The position numbers and the translations under genes are program-made. The notes under the pieces were generated by a model. That model was not told the origin of the DNA and did not search any database. It saw only the letters and a list, made by a program, of their open reading frames with translations. From NCBI GenBank assembly GCA_000934665.2, contig KZ538569.1:1-61160 (forward strand): 61,160 nucleotides of DNA. Reading direction: 5' to 3'. Below, in pieces: positions 26,316-38,676 of this stretch. Origin of the DNA: Catajapyx aquilonaris. Lineage: Eukaryota. Within the stretch, counting starts at the first letter, position 1, and each line of letters starts with the position of its first letter.

Positions 26316-27408
26316 TATAGCGCAGATAACCTTGTGAGGTCACTCATTACAATCTATTTAAAAATAACTCTGATATATGAGTCCCCTGTCAAGCCCAGAG
26401 GATTTCTGCATATTTTTACAAACCGTTCGCGTGAAAATGGTCCAAATCACGAAATAAAAGTGCAATCAGATTACGCCCACTCTACCGAGAAAAGAACGTT
26501 CCGACATTTTTTTTTGATAAATAAGTCTGAATCAACATTTTACGAGTCCGCCCTACAGCCTTGCACAGAATATATTTTTCCTCCCCAAAAATTTTTCCAG
26601 TCGTGAGGGGGAATAAACTTGATAGAGGAAAAAAAAACTAGGGGAGACTTATCACCGGGGGCTTTTCGAAGAGCTTTTGGTTCCTTCGATAAAGCCCAAT
26701 TTTCTCCTCCAGTAGGATTGCACTTGGGTTGTGTCTGACTGGTAGAAAGAGGGAAAATACGATGTAAGACCCTGTTCTGTCCGAACCCTCATTTCGTTTT
26801 AGCTCACGCAATTCTGCACTATTCTTGATTTTAAAAAGGAGGTCTCATTTATAGTAATTTTCTAGGACGGCCCTAGAATCAACTTAATTAGTACCTCTTG
26901 TGCACAGGATTTTTTTTAGTACAGGCTCTGGAGGGGTTATTATTTAAGAAAAAGCGATGCAGCTTTAAGAACGGGTTGAATATTTAAAATGCGTGTGGCG
27001 GTTTTAGCATGGCGCAGTGCGCACTATTTTATCGTAGGATTAGCGTGTTGAGCAAAATACGACATGTCCTGTTCTTTATGAGCATCCTCAACAGTGCAGT
27101 AAACTGCGATGCTGACAGAAATAATTGTTACATGTATCACATTCCTAGCCTGGAGGACAGGTGTTCCGTTACATAACTCGACCTATAACGATCACTCAGC
27201 GTATTACACGATATGAGTGTATGTAACACACACGGTATAAGATGCCCCAGTTCAGAAGGAGCGGAAGGAGTTGCGTGTTGCGTGAGCTGAAATCTGGATG
27301 GCATTTTACACCTGAGGTGTGGTTCCTCTTGAAGACGTGATTAAATCATGGAAACACATGTGCCGGGGAAGCCGTTTCGGACTGAATGTCATTTGTAGTA
27401 GGACTGTA

Positions 27409-27699
27409 CAGTGTTGGACATGAATCGCGTCATACCGGTACTTCTAGCGACATTTTATGATGCGGCAGAGGTGCAAATCGAAGAGTGGGAGCCGTGCGAG
27501 TAAGAAGGGGATCCGGACTTTTCGCCCCCGCCGTTTCGCCCCCGGACTTTTAGCCCGACACCCAGTAAGAAGCTGCAGGCCTGGAGTGACGTCACTCAAG
27601 GGCTACCATTTCTTACTCGCACGGCTCGCACTTCGACTTGCACGTCTGCCGCATCAGAAAATGTCGCTAGCAGTATGACTGAATTAATATCCAGCACTG
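27409..27699. mobile_element. MITE family A, full length
   Basis: TA|CAGTGTTGGAC...CCAGCACTG|TA with long imperfect arms. Confidence 0.85.
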
Positions 27700-28462
27700 T
27701 ACATACCCTGTCACAATGTACCACGAAAACAAACTGAAATGTGCTTATTATTTTCAAAAAAATCCACAAAAAAATTTCAATTGTTATTTTGAAATGTAGT
27801 ACCTGTACTGGTACATGGCCAAAAAATAGGACCTCTCCCATCTGCTGCTGGTTTAATGAACTCCTCGACTTGGTTGCACGCAAAGGACCTAGGAAACAAT
27901 GCCTCAGGTCTCGACCCCCGTCACGTCACAAGCCGCCGCCTTCTCACAGGCCAGGGGGTCTTGTATACGCCACCACACGACTGCCAAAAAGGACCCCTTT
28001 TTTCAGAAGGGGAGGGTTGTCGCCTGTCCGGTGTGGGCCCAAGCTGCCATGTAGAAGGCGGGGATGGGCGGTACACAACATGCGATCAGATGGGGTGATG
28101 CCCTGGCCATTGTAGATATGTCTGAATTTGATTAGTCAGTCACGTTCAAGTTAATATATTTTAAATTGCGGAAATTTAAAATACGGAGTATGGTTCAAAT
28201 ATTTAAATGTGTCGGGGTCGGCTTGTTCGCTGCTCTATTTCTGTACCAGCCCCACGCTTTGTCTCTGGGGATATTATCCACTTATGCAGAGTAGGCTAAA
28301 ACCGGAGAAGTTGGACATGTGAATTAGATGCCTGCCTAGGCTGGACTCGCATTAAGAGATTGTTCTGTACACTGTAGGCTCCTGTATTGAATTATTTTGC
28401 ATATGTCAAATAATATAAAATATGGAGGGGGTCTCTACTGAATTTTCTGGTTCCATTGGTTC

Positions 28463-28539
28463 AGGAGGCGTATACTCATCCAGGTCACTCGCAATCGACT
28501 TTGTCGATTGCGAGTGACCTGGATGAGTATACGCCTCCT
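28463..28539. repeat. Perfect 37-bp inverted repeat with a 3-nt loop
   Basis: AGGAGGCGTATACTCATCCAGGTCACTCGCAATCGAC-TTT-reverse complement. Confidence 0.95.
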
Positions 28540-28749
28540 ACACAAGATGACGCTTTAGAGTAGACTGTTAACACTGTAGCCTTATATCCGGTCCGTGAGA
28601 CCCAGCAAAGTTTCAAGCACTATCAAGATCCCAAGCACGCGCCTCTGTTTTATCACAGAGCCTGTAGTAGAGCTGCAAAATATTTCGTATTATCCCTCCA
28701 TGAGCTTACAAGATGGTGGTATAATACAGAGGAACTTTATGAAGGAGTG

Positions 28750-29265
28750 ACCCAGGGAGTGTTAAATTTTGGAGAAGCTTCCACCTCCTGAAATCTTTAA
28801 GAATATGGAGCTGGTAAATTTTCCACATCGACTCCTGGCAATATCGGGTACGCTCCCAGCAGCTTCACATCTATCCGCATCCAGCAACTTGTCACCCAAC
28901 CACGACAGCGTAGTAATCACGTGCTTCGGTCGCCCCCGTCGTGCCCACACTATGTCAAAAGGAGCCAAATAAAAAATGTGTGACAGGCCTCCTGAAGTGG
29001 AAGGAATATAAGCCTAGTTTACAGTAGCGTAGAAATGGCGTGGGCGTGACTGCCACCAATCTAGATTGTCCCTTGTAAGGACTTGGGCCAGAACCTCCTG
29101 AATATCGGTGGAGGCGGACAGGACAAGACCTACTAGAATCGATCCAATGGGGGCTTTTGCCTGGGTGAACAACCTGCAGGCCTTTTGCCCACTGTAGCTT
29201 TTCAACAGATCCACTACCATAATAATAGTGAGATAGATCAGTAAGGACCCCACCATTGGTATCAC
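28750..29265 (-). pseudogene. Possible IR relic, M3-S2
   Basis: Hydrophobic LLIYLTIIMVV followed by KSYSG and APIGSI (IR M3 / PI.S pattern), then IVWARRGRP (WA.RKG.P-like). Confidence 0.3.
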
Positions 29266-29767
29266 ATTTCAGTGAAATAATTATATGGTGACTATGAAGA
29301 CACCAGACCATTTCTCTCTGTAGGACCCCCTGGAGTTGACGACAACCACTGTCGGGATTGAAAGTGTCATTTGCGAGGCTCAGGGCAAGATGTCTGCGGG
29401 GATCAGCATTTGAGGCGGAGAAATGAGGCTGGGATTTCGACGCGGATAAAAACGAGGTGGAGGGATAGATAGTTCAGGGGTCACGCAGTTTCTTCCCGTT
29501 GCTTGTTCCTTTTTTTTCTGGCTTTATGTCGGTCCAACTGTTGCACTGTTGCGGGAGCTGTCGGGCTTGATAACGCTGCCAGGCGGCTAGATTTTTATGG
29601 CACCTAAGAAGTGGAGTGCTTCCTTCCGGTCGTGGCCCTCCTGCTCCGGATGATGGCAATCCGGTTAGTGAATCGTAAATCGGAAGTGGGAACTGTTGCA
29701 TCTTTTCTCAGTAGAGCCATAAGTTGCTAATGACGCCATTTTGGGAGCCACGGGTGGAATCGGGGTC

Positions 29768-29838
29768 GTTCGGGCACCATCGGGCACATCGGGCACATCG
29801 GGCACCATCGGGCAGCATCGGGCAGCTTCGGGCAATCC
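29768..29838. repeat. 9-10-bp minisatellite (CGGGCACCAT)n
   Basis: About 7 units, directly visible. Confidence 0.85.
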
Positions 29839-30001
29839 TACCGACTGTCGCATTTAAAATAAATTTAAAATGAATTGAAGGTTCAAATTCTGTAGCTGGC
29901 AGCTTCTGGCTCCACTTGTAGTCACAACCCACAAAAACAACTCTTTGCAATAGTCATGCAGAAGAATTGGCACTTGTGGCCGACAGCTGAACTCCTGAAT
30001 T

Positions 30002-30265
30002 CTAATGGCTCTTGGTAATAATGAGGTTGATGAGGGATGGCGATAACGAGTCCTTGTCCTCAGCGACATGAAAATTCCTGCCGACCTCTCCAGGGAGCCA
30101 ATACCCGAATGCGTGAGCGGCGTAGATATATGTCCTCACCGTCATGATGGTGCAGTAAATAAAGTTGCGGTTTCCATGATTTTCCACGCTGCCCTGCACT
30201 TTCTTCATTAGGTTTTTCCCATGTTCCTCTTGCATTTTTTTTAGGTACATTTCCGAGAGGCTTAT
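30002..30265 (-). pseudogene. IR relic, S2
   Basis: KKVQ-13aa-C-11aa-AH-14aa-HVA vs intact IR AKVQ-14aa-C-15aa-AH-14aa-HVA. Confidence 0.65.
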
Positions 30266-31025
30266 GCTTCCTGTACATGGCGGCGTCCTTGTTGGGGACT
30301 GTGGGATTACATTTATGCTCGGTTTTTTATACGTTCTTGCTTTATGGGAAAAAGGGGGTTTTCTCCAGGCGCAAACTCGTGTACATGCAGATTCGACTTC
30401 TTTTTTTTTTGAAACAGCTCTAAATCCGGGCTCGGTTTTTATGCGGTCCAGTTGGAAAATGTTTAAATTGTGGTCCAACTTGGCATTACGGAATTGTCGC
30501 TCGCTCATGACATTCGGACACAAAATTGCTTCCAACTTTTTTTTTTTCCATAGTCCATATTTCCATCTGGGTATAGAAATCTTCTCCAATATGCATGTTC
30601 CTGAGCATGAAATGAACGGGTGAGAAAGGAAATCCGAGCATCATTCTTTCCTTGCCGTAGACAGGTCCAGAATACTTTATGCAGAACCTCCGTTAGCGGT
30701 ACGTGACAGGGCCGATGCACCGTTGGCAAATAAACTTTTTTTCGTGCAAAAGGAGAACTGAGGAACCCTAGAGTTTGTGGAGCCTCTCCTTTCGCTCTAC
30801 TTGCACTGGGAATCAACAAGGAGTTCATTTTACAAACCAATTTACCGAGAGTGAAGAGAGGCTTGTAAACGGGTGCGAATGTACTGTACGGTAGAATGAC
30901 TCTGAGTTCTGTAGTGGTACCGGCCCCTGTATGAGAAAAGTGAAATTAATTGTGGGTACCGCTAGAGGCAGCCTGCATATATGCATACTTTAATTAATAT
31001 TTAACATTATTTATACAGCATATAG

Positions 31026-31543
31026 TGTGGCGACCCGTGGTCTTCCCCAGGTAGGGCTGTGCGATATCCGAAATTGCATATCGACTTTCGATACTAAAAA
31101 ATATCAAATCGAAGTCGATATATCGAAAATAGAAAAACCGACATCGAAAATATCGAAAACCGATATCGAACCGAAGTCGATATATCGAAAATCGAAAAAC
31201 CGGCATCGAAAATATCGAAAACCGATATCGAACCGTCATCGAAAAATTGCGATATTCGATACATCTCACATGCCAAGCGTCGGATATCGCAACGTCGATA
31301 CTAGGAAAATATCGTATCGACAATCGATGTATCGAAATATCGCACATCCCTATCCCCATGTCCAACCCGTGCTAAGAAAACACATGGGTTCCATGGTTTA
31401 TTGGACCTTCCAGGTCACCACCTTCGTATACAGACTCTCTCGACTCTGGTTACTAACGCTACTCTCCCCTGGCCAAAGCCAGGGAAGCAGTGCGCATGCC
31501 CCGCCCACATCACATGACCTGTAGGGGGCGGGTCCTCACGACA
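31026..31543 (-). mobile_element. Solo-LTR-like element (~210 bp) carrying a nested hAT MITE
   Basis: TGT...ACA ends and AATAAA on the minus strand; homologous to 34957-35165 in the opposite orientation. No clean TSD. Confidence 0.6.
31052..31352. mobile_element. hAT MITE, ATCGA-rich
   Basis: TIR TAGGGCTGTGCGATAT; 8-bp TSD TCCCCAGG / TCCCCATG. Confidence 0.9.
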
Positions 31544-31920
31544 GGTAGAGGAGCTTATGACTAATCCACGCAACTAGTTGGTTGCAAGTTGGCAGTTTTG
31601 CCGAGAGATGGCATTGAAGCGGGTTTTGTAGCCAGTCGTGAGACAGCCGGAAACCACGCTGAGTGACTCCAGGATCAGGAGAGATGACCTAACTATTAGA
31701 CCCCACAGGCAGTATGTTTGCCTTTGAGGCAACCCAGTAGCTATTTTCCGACCCATTAAAAAAAGTCAGGTAATTGCGCAATTAAAATTCCTGACAAAGT
31801 GCACAGACTGGAGTATGTTGCAAATGATCGTTTACGACATTCCTAAAATTACGATACAGCCGTAAAACCCTGTAGAAAAAAGTACGGTGTTGAAAGCTAC
31901 GTGATGCGCGAAATTACCAG

Positions 31921-32010
31921 ATGCCATCTACAACTGCTTCAGAATTTGATAGGACCCATTTCAAATCTGTCAAAAATATTCTGCAAATCCTGGCCATGTT
32001 CCCACCGAAT
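31921..32010 (+). pseudogene. Possible hAT transposase C-terminal dimerization-domain fragment
   Basis: MPSTTASEFDRTHFKSVKNILQILAMFP resembles the D...FPNI..LLQILATLP motif. Confidence 0.35.
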
Positions 32011-33089
32011 TTACCCCGAGTTATCAACATCTCGTAGCAATTTCCACCACAGAATCCCCCGCTCCCAAAGTACATCACCATTAAGACTCTACCGCACGCT
32101 AAGCCCAAATCTCACACCGTTTAACCCTCTGTTTCCCTTTACACCCTTAGCCAAAGTGGAAATTGAAATCGAGGTGGGCCAAAATCGTGCCAAATGTACC
32201 CCCATCGATGTACCGAACGATAAACGAAATTGGACACTTTTTGAAGTATGACACCGTAGATTGACCCTTGACCGGGCTCCATGGAGATTCATCTCGACGG
32301 GCTAAAAGGGGTCAAAAAGTTGGCTGTGACATCACCAGCACACCCGGGGAGGTCAGCCAGTTGACCTTCTGAAGGAACAAGGAAAAAATCGCTTGAAGGT
32401 TACTTTTATGAGCAATATGGAGCAATAACGTTTGCACACCGTCAAGGTTTAGTTACGCAACAATTTTGCGTCTTACTATATATATAATTGCGCCAGAATT
32501 TCTCACAATAGTTCAGATTATGTCATTAATGCATTGCAAAGTCACGATATTCGCATGTAATGTTACAGTAAGATATGGGAAATTCGGCCCAACTGGTTTG
32601 ACCGGACGATGAGTTCATAATTGCCGCCTAAACACCGCTTCGTACGGCATGTAATCGATTAATTGCGGGGGCATTCATCACGGACATAATATCGGAAACA
32701 TTGTTGTACAACTTATCATTTGCATGCAATTAGCGGGCCTAGTGTTTTGCAGCGCATTAAAACACTCTTTACGATCATCAATGATCCCACCTTCATCGAA
32801 TTACTGGCCAGTAAACTCGAGTTATTTATATGTGCTTGTAACGCCTACTGGCATCTACTAATTTACTCCTGTATTTCTGAAAATAACTGTTGGTTTTGTG
32901 TCAGTACGTCAATTAAGGCGGATTAAGCTAGTATATTGTTGGGTCAACTGTTTCGGTTTGGATTAGGCTCATTAATAGTGGGCTAATCAGGCTGATTAGC
33001 TATAGTACGGCCTTGAGTACAACTATGTAAAAATTAACTCAAATTAGGCGGAAATTAACTGAAACATGTCCTAATTATTATTAGGCCAC

Positions 33090-33780
33090 ACTGTAATTCA
33101 TGAAGCGATTCATGTCGACTTGGAGGTGATATTTTGTCATCAACAACCACGGTACTGACTTGTAGTATCGTTCAGATGTACTGACTTGATAATAGTACCG
33201 ACTTGGACGTCAAGTACCATCTTCAGTACTGACTTGTAGACGGTTTTTTGTTGATCATAAAGTACCACCTTCAAGTCAGTACATGAATTGCATTTCCTCT
33301 TATTTTTTTGTTAAATTATTTAAAAACAAGTGAGGCATATCTGGATTAATTAATTTGTTTATTATTGATGCTTTACGTCAGGAAGTGAGTGGGCCACCAC
33401 TCTTATCACAAAGTACCACCTCCAAGTCAGTACATGAATCGCTACATTGCTTCTAAAGTATTTTAATTTTTAAAAAATAAGTGAGGCATATCTGGGATGA
33501 GCCACCAATCTCATCACAAAGTATATACCACCTCCAAGTCAGTACATGAACCGCTACATGAATTACATTTGCTTCTAAAATATTTTAATTTAAAAAATGA
33601 GGCATATCTGGGTTGAGCCACCAATCTCATCACAAAGTACCACCTCCAAGTCAGTACATGAATCGCTACATGAATTACATTTGGTCCTAAAATATTTTAA
33701 TTTATTTAAAAAAATAAGTGAGACATATATGAGTCGAGTAATTTGTTTATTATTGATGATATACGCCAGGAAGTGAATCT
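33090..33780. repeat. TIR element plus tandem ~120-bp expansion of its right end (AGTACCACCTCCAAGTCAGTACATGAA)
   Basis: Motif recurs near 33261, 33412, 33525 and 33636, with an inverted copy near 33110; same family as 34606-35232. Confidence 0.75.
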
Positions 33781-34605
33781 CATCGCGGAAGAACAAGATG
33801 AAGGTTCATTTTCCTTAATGATTGAAGATTACAGCTGCGGTTGGGTGGGAAAGAAAATAAAAAAGGACTCATCATTGCAGCATGCGTGAGAATGACTAAG
33901 ATGCTGTGGCCTCAGCAGTCCCGGATTTTATGGCTGAAAGATAATTCGTAATTGAAGGAAATGGCGTTCCTGCGCATACTCCGACCTTCTACCAAAAAGT
34001 TGCTCGCTTTCACTCAAAATTTTGGAAAATTTTTGGAAGCCCAAGTCCCTGCCTATTTCAATTGTATTTTAAAAGCCACTCCATGTCGGAACTTTGGATC
34101 CGGCTCTCAATTAAAATCGATGTCATATTTCATAAGCTCCATTTCCCTTCAAGTTTTCATATATGTGCCAGACTTTTCCCTCTTACTTCATGCTAACTTT
34201 TGTACTTAAAACCACTAGGGAAATTCCATGACTCGGCCCGATCTCACGGATATTAGATGCAAGAGTAGAGCTAGCTAATAATCGATAGCGGCGTAATTCA
34301 ATCAATTCTCACATTCCTCTGGACGTACTATTAGCATAAATGATGTACTGCAGCAGCGTTGAGCGTCATTTGCACTTAGTACCGACGTGATCTACACCGA
34401 TTTATCACCATGGTTGGATTACTCTGCATGGTTCCTGTCAAAATCCAAAATCCCACCAGAAAAAAAGCCGACTATGAAATTTAATGCCTTCAAAGCCTAC
34501 CTAGTGTTTCATAGAGCCCCCCAAATTGGTCGGGTGTATGAGGTACGTCGATTATAAAATGCTTAAGCTTTTGTCCACATTTTGCAGGCTTTAATGGGAT
34601 GTACA

Positions 34606-35232
34606 CTGTAAATTCATGTACAGTTCTGGTCATATATCGAGGCAACCGCCAGCGACATTTTCCGAAGCGGCAGAAGAAGGAATCGAAGATAAGTATCGTC
34701 GAGCAAGATTCCTTTTTCTGCCGCGTCGGAAAATGTCGCTGGCGGTTGCCTCGATATATGACCAAACTGTACCGAAATACCATACTTTGTACTGACTTGA
34801 AGATGGTACATCGCAATGTACTGACTTGGAGATGGTACATCACAATGTATCGACTTGGAGATGGTACATCACAATGTACCGACTTGGAGATGGTATTCGG
34901 TGATCAACTTATGTACAAGTCAGTACTGTAGACGGTATTTGAAGTCTAAGTCGTTACATGGTGAGAGCCCGCCCCCTTTCGGTCATGTGATGTGGGCGGA
35001 GCATGCGCACTGCTTCCCTGGCTTTGGCCAGGGGAGAGTCAGTTGGTAACCAGAGTCTGGGAGAGTCTGTGCTCAAGTGGAAGGTCTAATAAACCCGTGT
35101 CCATGGAACCCAGGTGTTTTCTTGTAGAGGTAGCCCGGGGTTGGCCCCGGGGCGGACCCGTCACATCTGATCAGTACTGACTTGTAGACATAGTTGGCCA
35201 CAAAATTCTCCAAGCCGGTACATGAATTACAG
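34606..35232. mobile_element. Nested cluster: host TIR element containing a TA MITE (34621-34769), a 29-bp tandem repeat and a solo-LTR-like element (34957-35165)
   Basis: Host ends CTGTAAATTCATGTA / TACATGAATTACAG; inner palindrome TA|CAGTT...AACTG|TA; LTR-like part has AATAAA and ends GTCACA. Confidence 0.75.
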
Positions 35233-36996
35233 TATATAAAATTACTATGCTCTAAATAACATGGCCAACAATATGATGTACTGTACCTTCCCATGCCAGC
35301 TGGGCCCACCATTTTTCTTCCTTTTCAATTGTCCCTTTTTCTATCCAGTCCCTGCTGTTTGGCCCAATAACAATCGAAACCTGTATAAGAATGCCCACTC
35401 AGGTCCTAACTCGCACCTGGCAGTGCAAGCAGGTCCCAGGTGGGACTCAGACACCATTTTTCCTCTAAGGAGGCGGTACCGTAACGAAAAATGCCATCGT
35501 ATTTTTTTTGTATGTGTGTGTATCCGCCTTGTAGCACCCAGGATGAATGGACACATTTACGGTGGTCAAACCGGTTTTGNGGGGGATATTTTTTGGTACA
35601 TAGCAGTCAGTTTGTTAATAAAGTCTGGATTTCATTTAACATCAAAAGGATGCCTTTTTGCACTAATCTGCACTTCAAATGGTCCCAGTCCATTTCGAAT
35701 GGGTCTCCCCCACTACGACGTGCCCCTCAATTTTAATTTCCCCGCCACCCCCTACTCTTCCTTCCTTCAAAGCTCCATCGCTACACATCACATTAACGGT
35801 TCCCAGGCTCATTAAAGGGCAACGTAGGGAAAGCACGACCCCACCTTACCCTATAGAGAGAAAAAAAAAAACCGTATCACCATAATGGCTAGAAGCGTCA
35901 CCTAACGAAGGTTAAAGGGCGAGAGGGGACATTTTTTGGGGGGTGGAAATGTAATAAAAGAGTAATTGAGGCCGGTTTGACCTAAATGGAGAAAGTAAAT
36001 AAAAAAAAGTTCAGAGCGGTGTCAATTATTGCACAAAAGAACTGGAGGAAATGGTGTCCTGACCTTTTGTGTCACAGGAAAGAGTTTTGAATCGACCCTA
36101 CCGTGTCAATTGACGCGACTTTGATCCTCGAACAATGATCGCTTAGAGGACAAGTGACACTCACAAGCAACATGCCATGGCCAATTGAGACTTAACTAAG
36201 ACATCCTTATCATCCAGCTTGGGAGGTCGAATTGCAGATTGGGATGAGTTTTGGCCAGCTCTAAATCACTAGGATTTTTTTTTTTTTGGGGGNGGTGTTC
36301 TTTTGTGCGTGTTTTTTTAATGAGAGGGGGGGTATTGTGAGGGTTGCGTAATGATAGGATGATGACTGCGGGTGTGTTGTAATTGGTTGTAATTGAAGGG
36401 GTATGAGTAATGGTAACCGACAAAGCCAATGAAGGCTCGGTGTCGTGTATGTGCAGTATGACATCTGTCACCACGTTAATGATGTTTGTTGTAGTGCATT
36501 AGCAGTGTTGATAATTAGAGCGGGTGCAAATCCACTATTGGCGGAAATGATTTGTTGAATATGAACATGTTACAGTTAAGTCGGGGTTACCACTATTTTG
36601 TATCCGCATTGAATAATTTTATTTGCAAAAAGATCAAAGAAGCACCCAGTTGTTGTGCTTTTGTCCCCCCCCCCCCNCCCCCCCCCCCCAATATTTCAGC
36701 CACTTAAAAAAAATTATTTATACCCCATTGGGAGAATCGGCGCTTCATGAGAGGGGGGTGGAGTACCACCATTGGATGGGGCCAAGGATAGGGAAGGAAG
36801 GAGGCGGCTGTGGCCTATTGTAATATTTCAGCCACTAGCCGCATACCCTTTGTACTATTGAATATTATGTAACTTTAGCAATTTTTTTTGAAACGCACAC
36901 TGTACTAGCAATCTCAGGTGTCAACTACAGTACCGGTACCACTAACCCCAAAAATAATTACAAGCCCGCAAGTCAGTGCAATGAATAAAGCAAGTC

Positions 36997-37260
36997 TTGC
37001 GAAGTTCTGAGTACTCGAATTGCCCTACTTGTATAGAAGCAATCACGTCGTACTTCCGGTATGCAGAGTCAAGTTTCAATGTCCGGGGTTCGAAGATAAA
37101 ATGCAATGTGAAGCAATCGATCTTTTCAACCTCTTACATTCGACTATTATGTCTGAGGTCATTGTTCTGTAACAGTGAGCCTTTTTCTTCCCCGAATCTG
37201 ACAAATCCCTTCCTTTTTCCCAGTCATATTTCGCCTTCCTACTGTCCAATGCAATTATAC
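36997..37260 (+). pseudogene. Possible IR relic, S2-M4
   Basis: TCIEAI ~ NCIAVA; NLTNPFLF ~ NVTAPFHV. The same NLTNP occurs in the 10.4-kb relic. Confidence 0.35.
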
Positions 37261-38026
37261 CAACACAGTAGCTCTCAGAAATTTTCTAAAAGCAACAATA
37301 AGAGGCATCCGTTCAATTATTACCGACTAAAATTCCGTTGCTTACAGTTATTTTGATGGCGTTTTTTTTTTTTTTTTTCAAAATGTGTATAGCCAGCAAA
37401 ATCTTGTATCCTGTACTACATGACAACCACAACACATGAATTATTAAGTACATGCTCTCCCGCCCCGGGTAATAATTACGCGCTATGTAGGACACCCCCT
37501 ACTAACTAGTCGAATAATCATTTGCCATCCAGTGTGTTACACGTACCCTAAGGGTATCTTCCACAAGAATACCATCCGTAGGGGATCGCGCAAAAAAAAC
37601 TGGTTTTATTAAAATGAAATCAATGCCGGACAGGGATTTTCGACGCCCTTTGGGTATGTCCCGCCGGAACACTTGTCACATCCTCATTTTTTGGGGGATG
37701 GAGGACAAAAATGGCGACCTCAATTTCAGAGGGGGATATATATGGCAAATCGGTGGAGTGTGGACAAAATAGGTTGGTTTTTGGACTGTCCGACGCAATT
37801 TTAAGTGGCCTACTTTTGTGTTTACATATTGAGGATACGGTGTACAGTGCATGCAGATGTATGGTTTCCCACACCACGTAATTTCGAATGCGGGGCCAGC
37901 TGTTAGTATGGACACTATTTTTTAGTTAGGAGTACTGATGCAGCAGGTTGGGATAAACTAGTGCACTCTATATCTAGCACAGCTCTATGTAGGGTTTCCA
38001 GCTGAATTTACTCAAAAAAATACGTA

Positions 38027-38226
38027 CAGTGCTGGACATTAATTTCGGCATACTGCTAGCGACATTTTTCGATGCGGCGGCCGTGCAACGAGCCGTGCGA
38101 GTAAGAAACGGTAGCCCTTGGGTGACGTCACTCAAGGTCTACCACTTCTTACTCGCACGGCATCACTACGATCTGCCGCATCTGGAAATGTCGCTAGCAG
38201 TATGACGCGATTAATGTCCAACACTG
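38027..38226. mobile_element. MITE family A
   Basis: TA|CAGTGCTGGACATTAAT...ATTAATGTCCAACACTG|TA. Confidence 0.85.
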
Positions 38227-38232
38227 TATCAA

Positions 38233-38365
38233 CAGTGCAAAAAGAACTGTCCCAGTCATCCTGACGTGTGGGCTGGCCGCTCGACACACACCATGTAAGT
38301 TACATGGTGTGTGTCGAGCGGGCAGCACACACATCAGGATGACTGGGACAATTCTTTTTGAACTG
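38233..38365. mobile_element. Hairpin MITE
   Basis: About 66-bp imperfect arms around a 1-nt centre (CCATGTAA-G-TTACATGG). Confidence 0.75.
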
Positions 38366-38433
38366 ATGAATACAGTGCATGGTCTTAGAATACTAGGGTC
38401 TGGGCACTCCCTCTTATCGCCTGCCCCGGCAGG

Positions 38434-38676
38434 TAGGGCTGTGCGATATTTCGATACATGGACTGTCGATACGATATTTTCCTAATATCGAAGTTGCGAT
38501 ATCCGACGCTTGGCATGTTAGATGAATCGAATATCGCTATTTTTCGATGTCGGTTCGATGTCGGTTTTCGATATTTTTCGATATTTTCGATGCAGGTTTT
38601 TCGATATATCGACTTCGATTCGATATTTTTTAAGTATCGAAAGTCGATATGTAATTTCGGATGTCGCACAGCCCTA
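38434..38676. mobile_element. hAT MITE, same family as 31052 in the opposite orientation
   Basis: TIR TAGGGCTGTGCGA; perfect 8-bp TSD CCGGCAGG. Confidence 0.92.

Noticed and set aside
30994..31524. 123-165 aa ORFs (and the 192-aa ORF at 38385-38963)
   Set aside because: They arise from low-complexity ATCGA-rich hAT MITE sequence.
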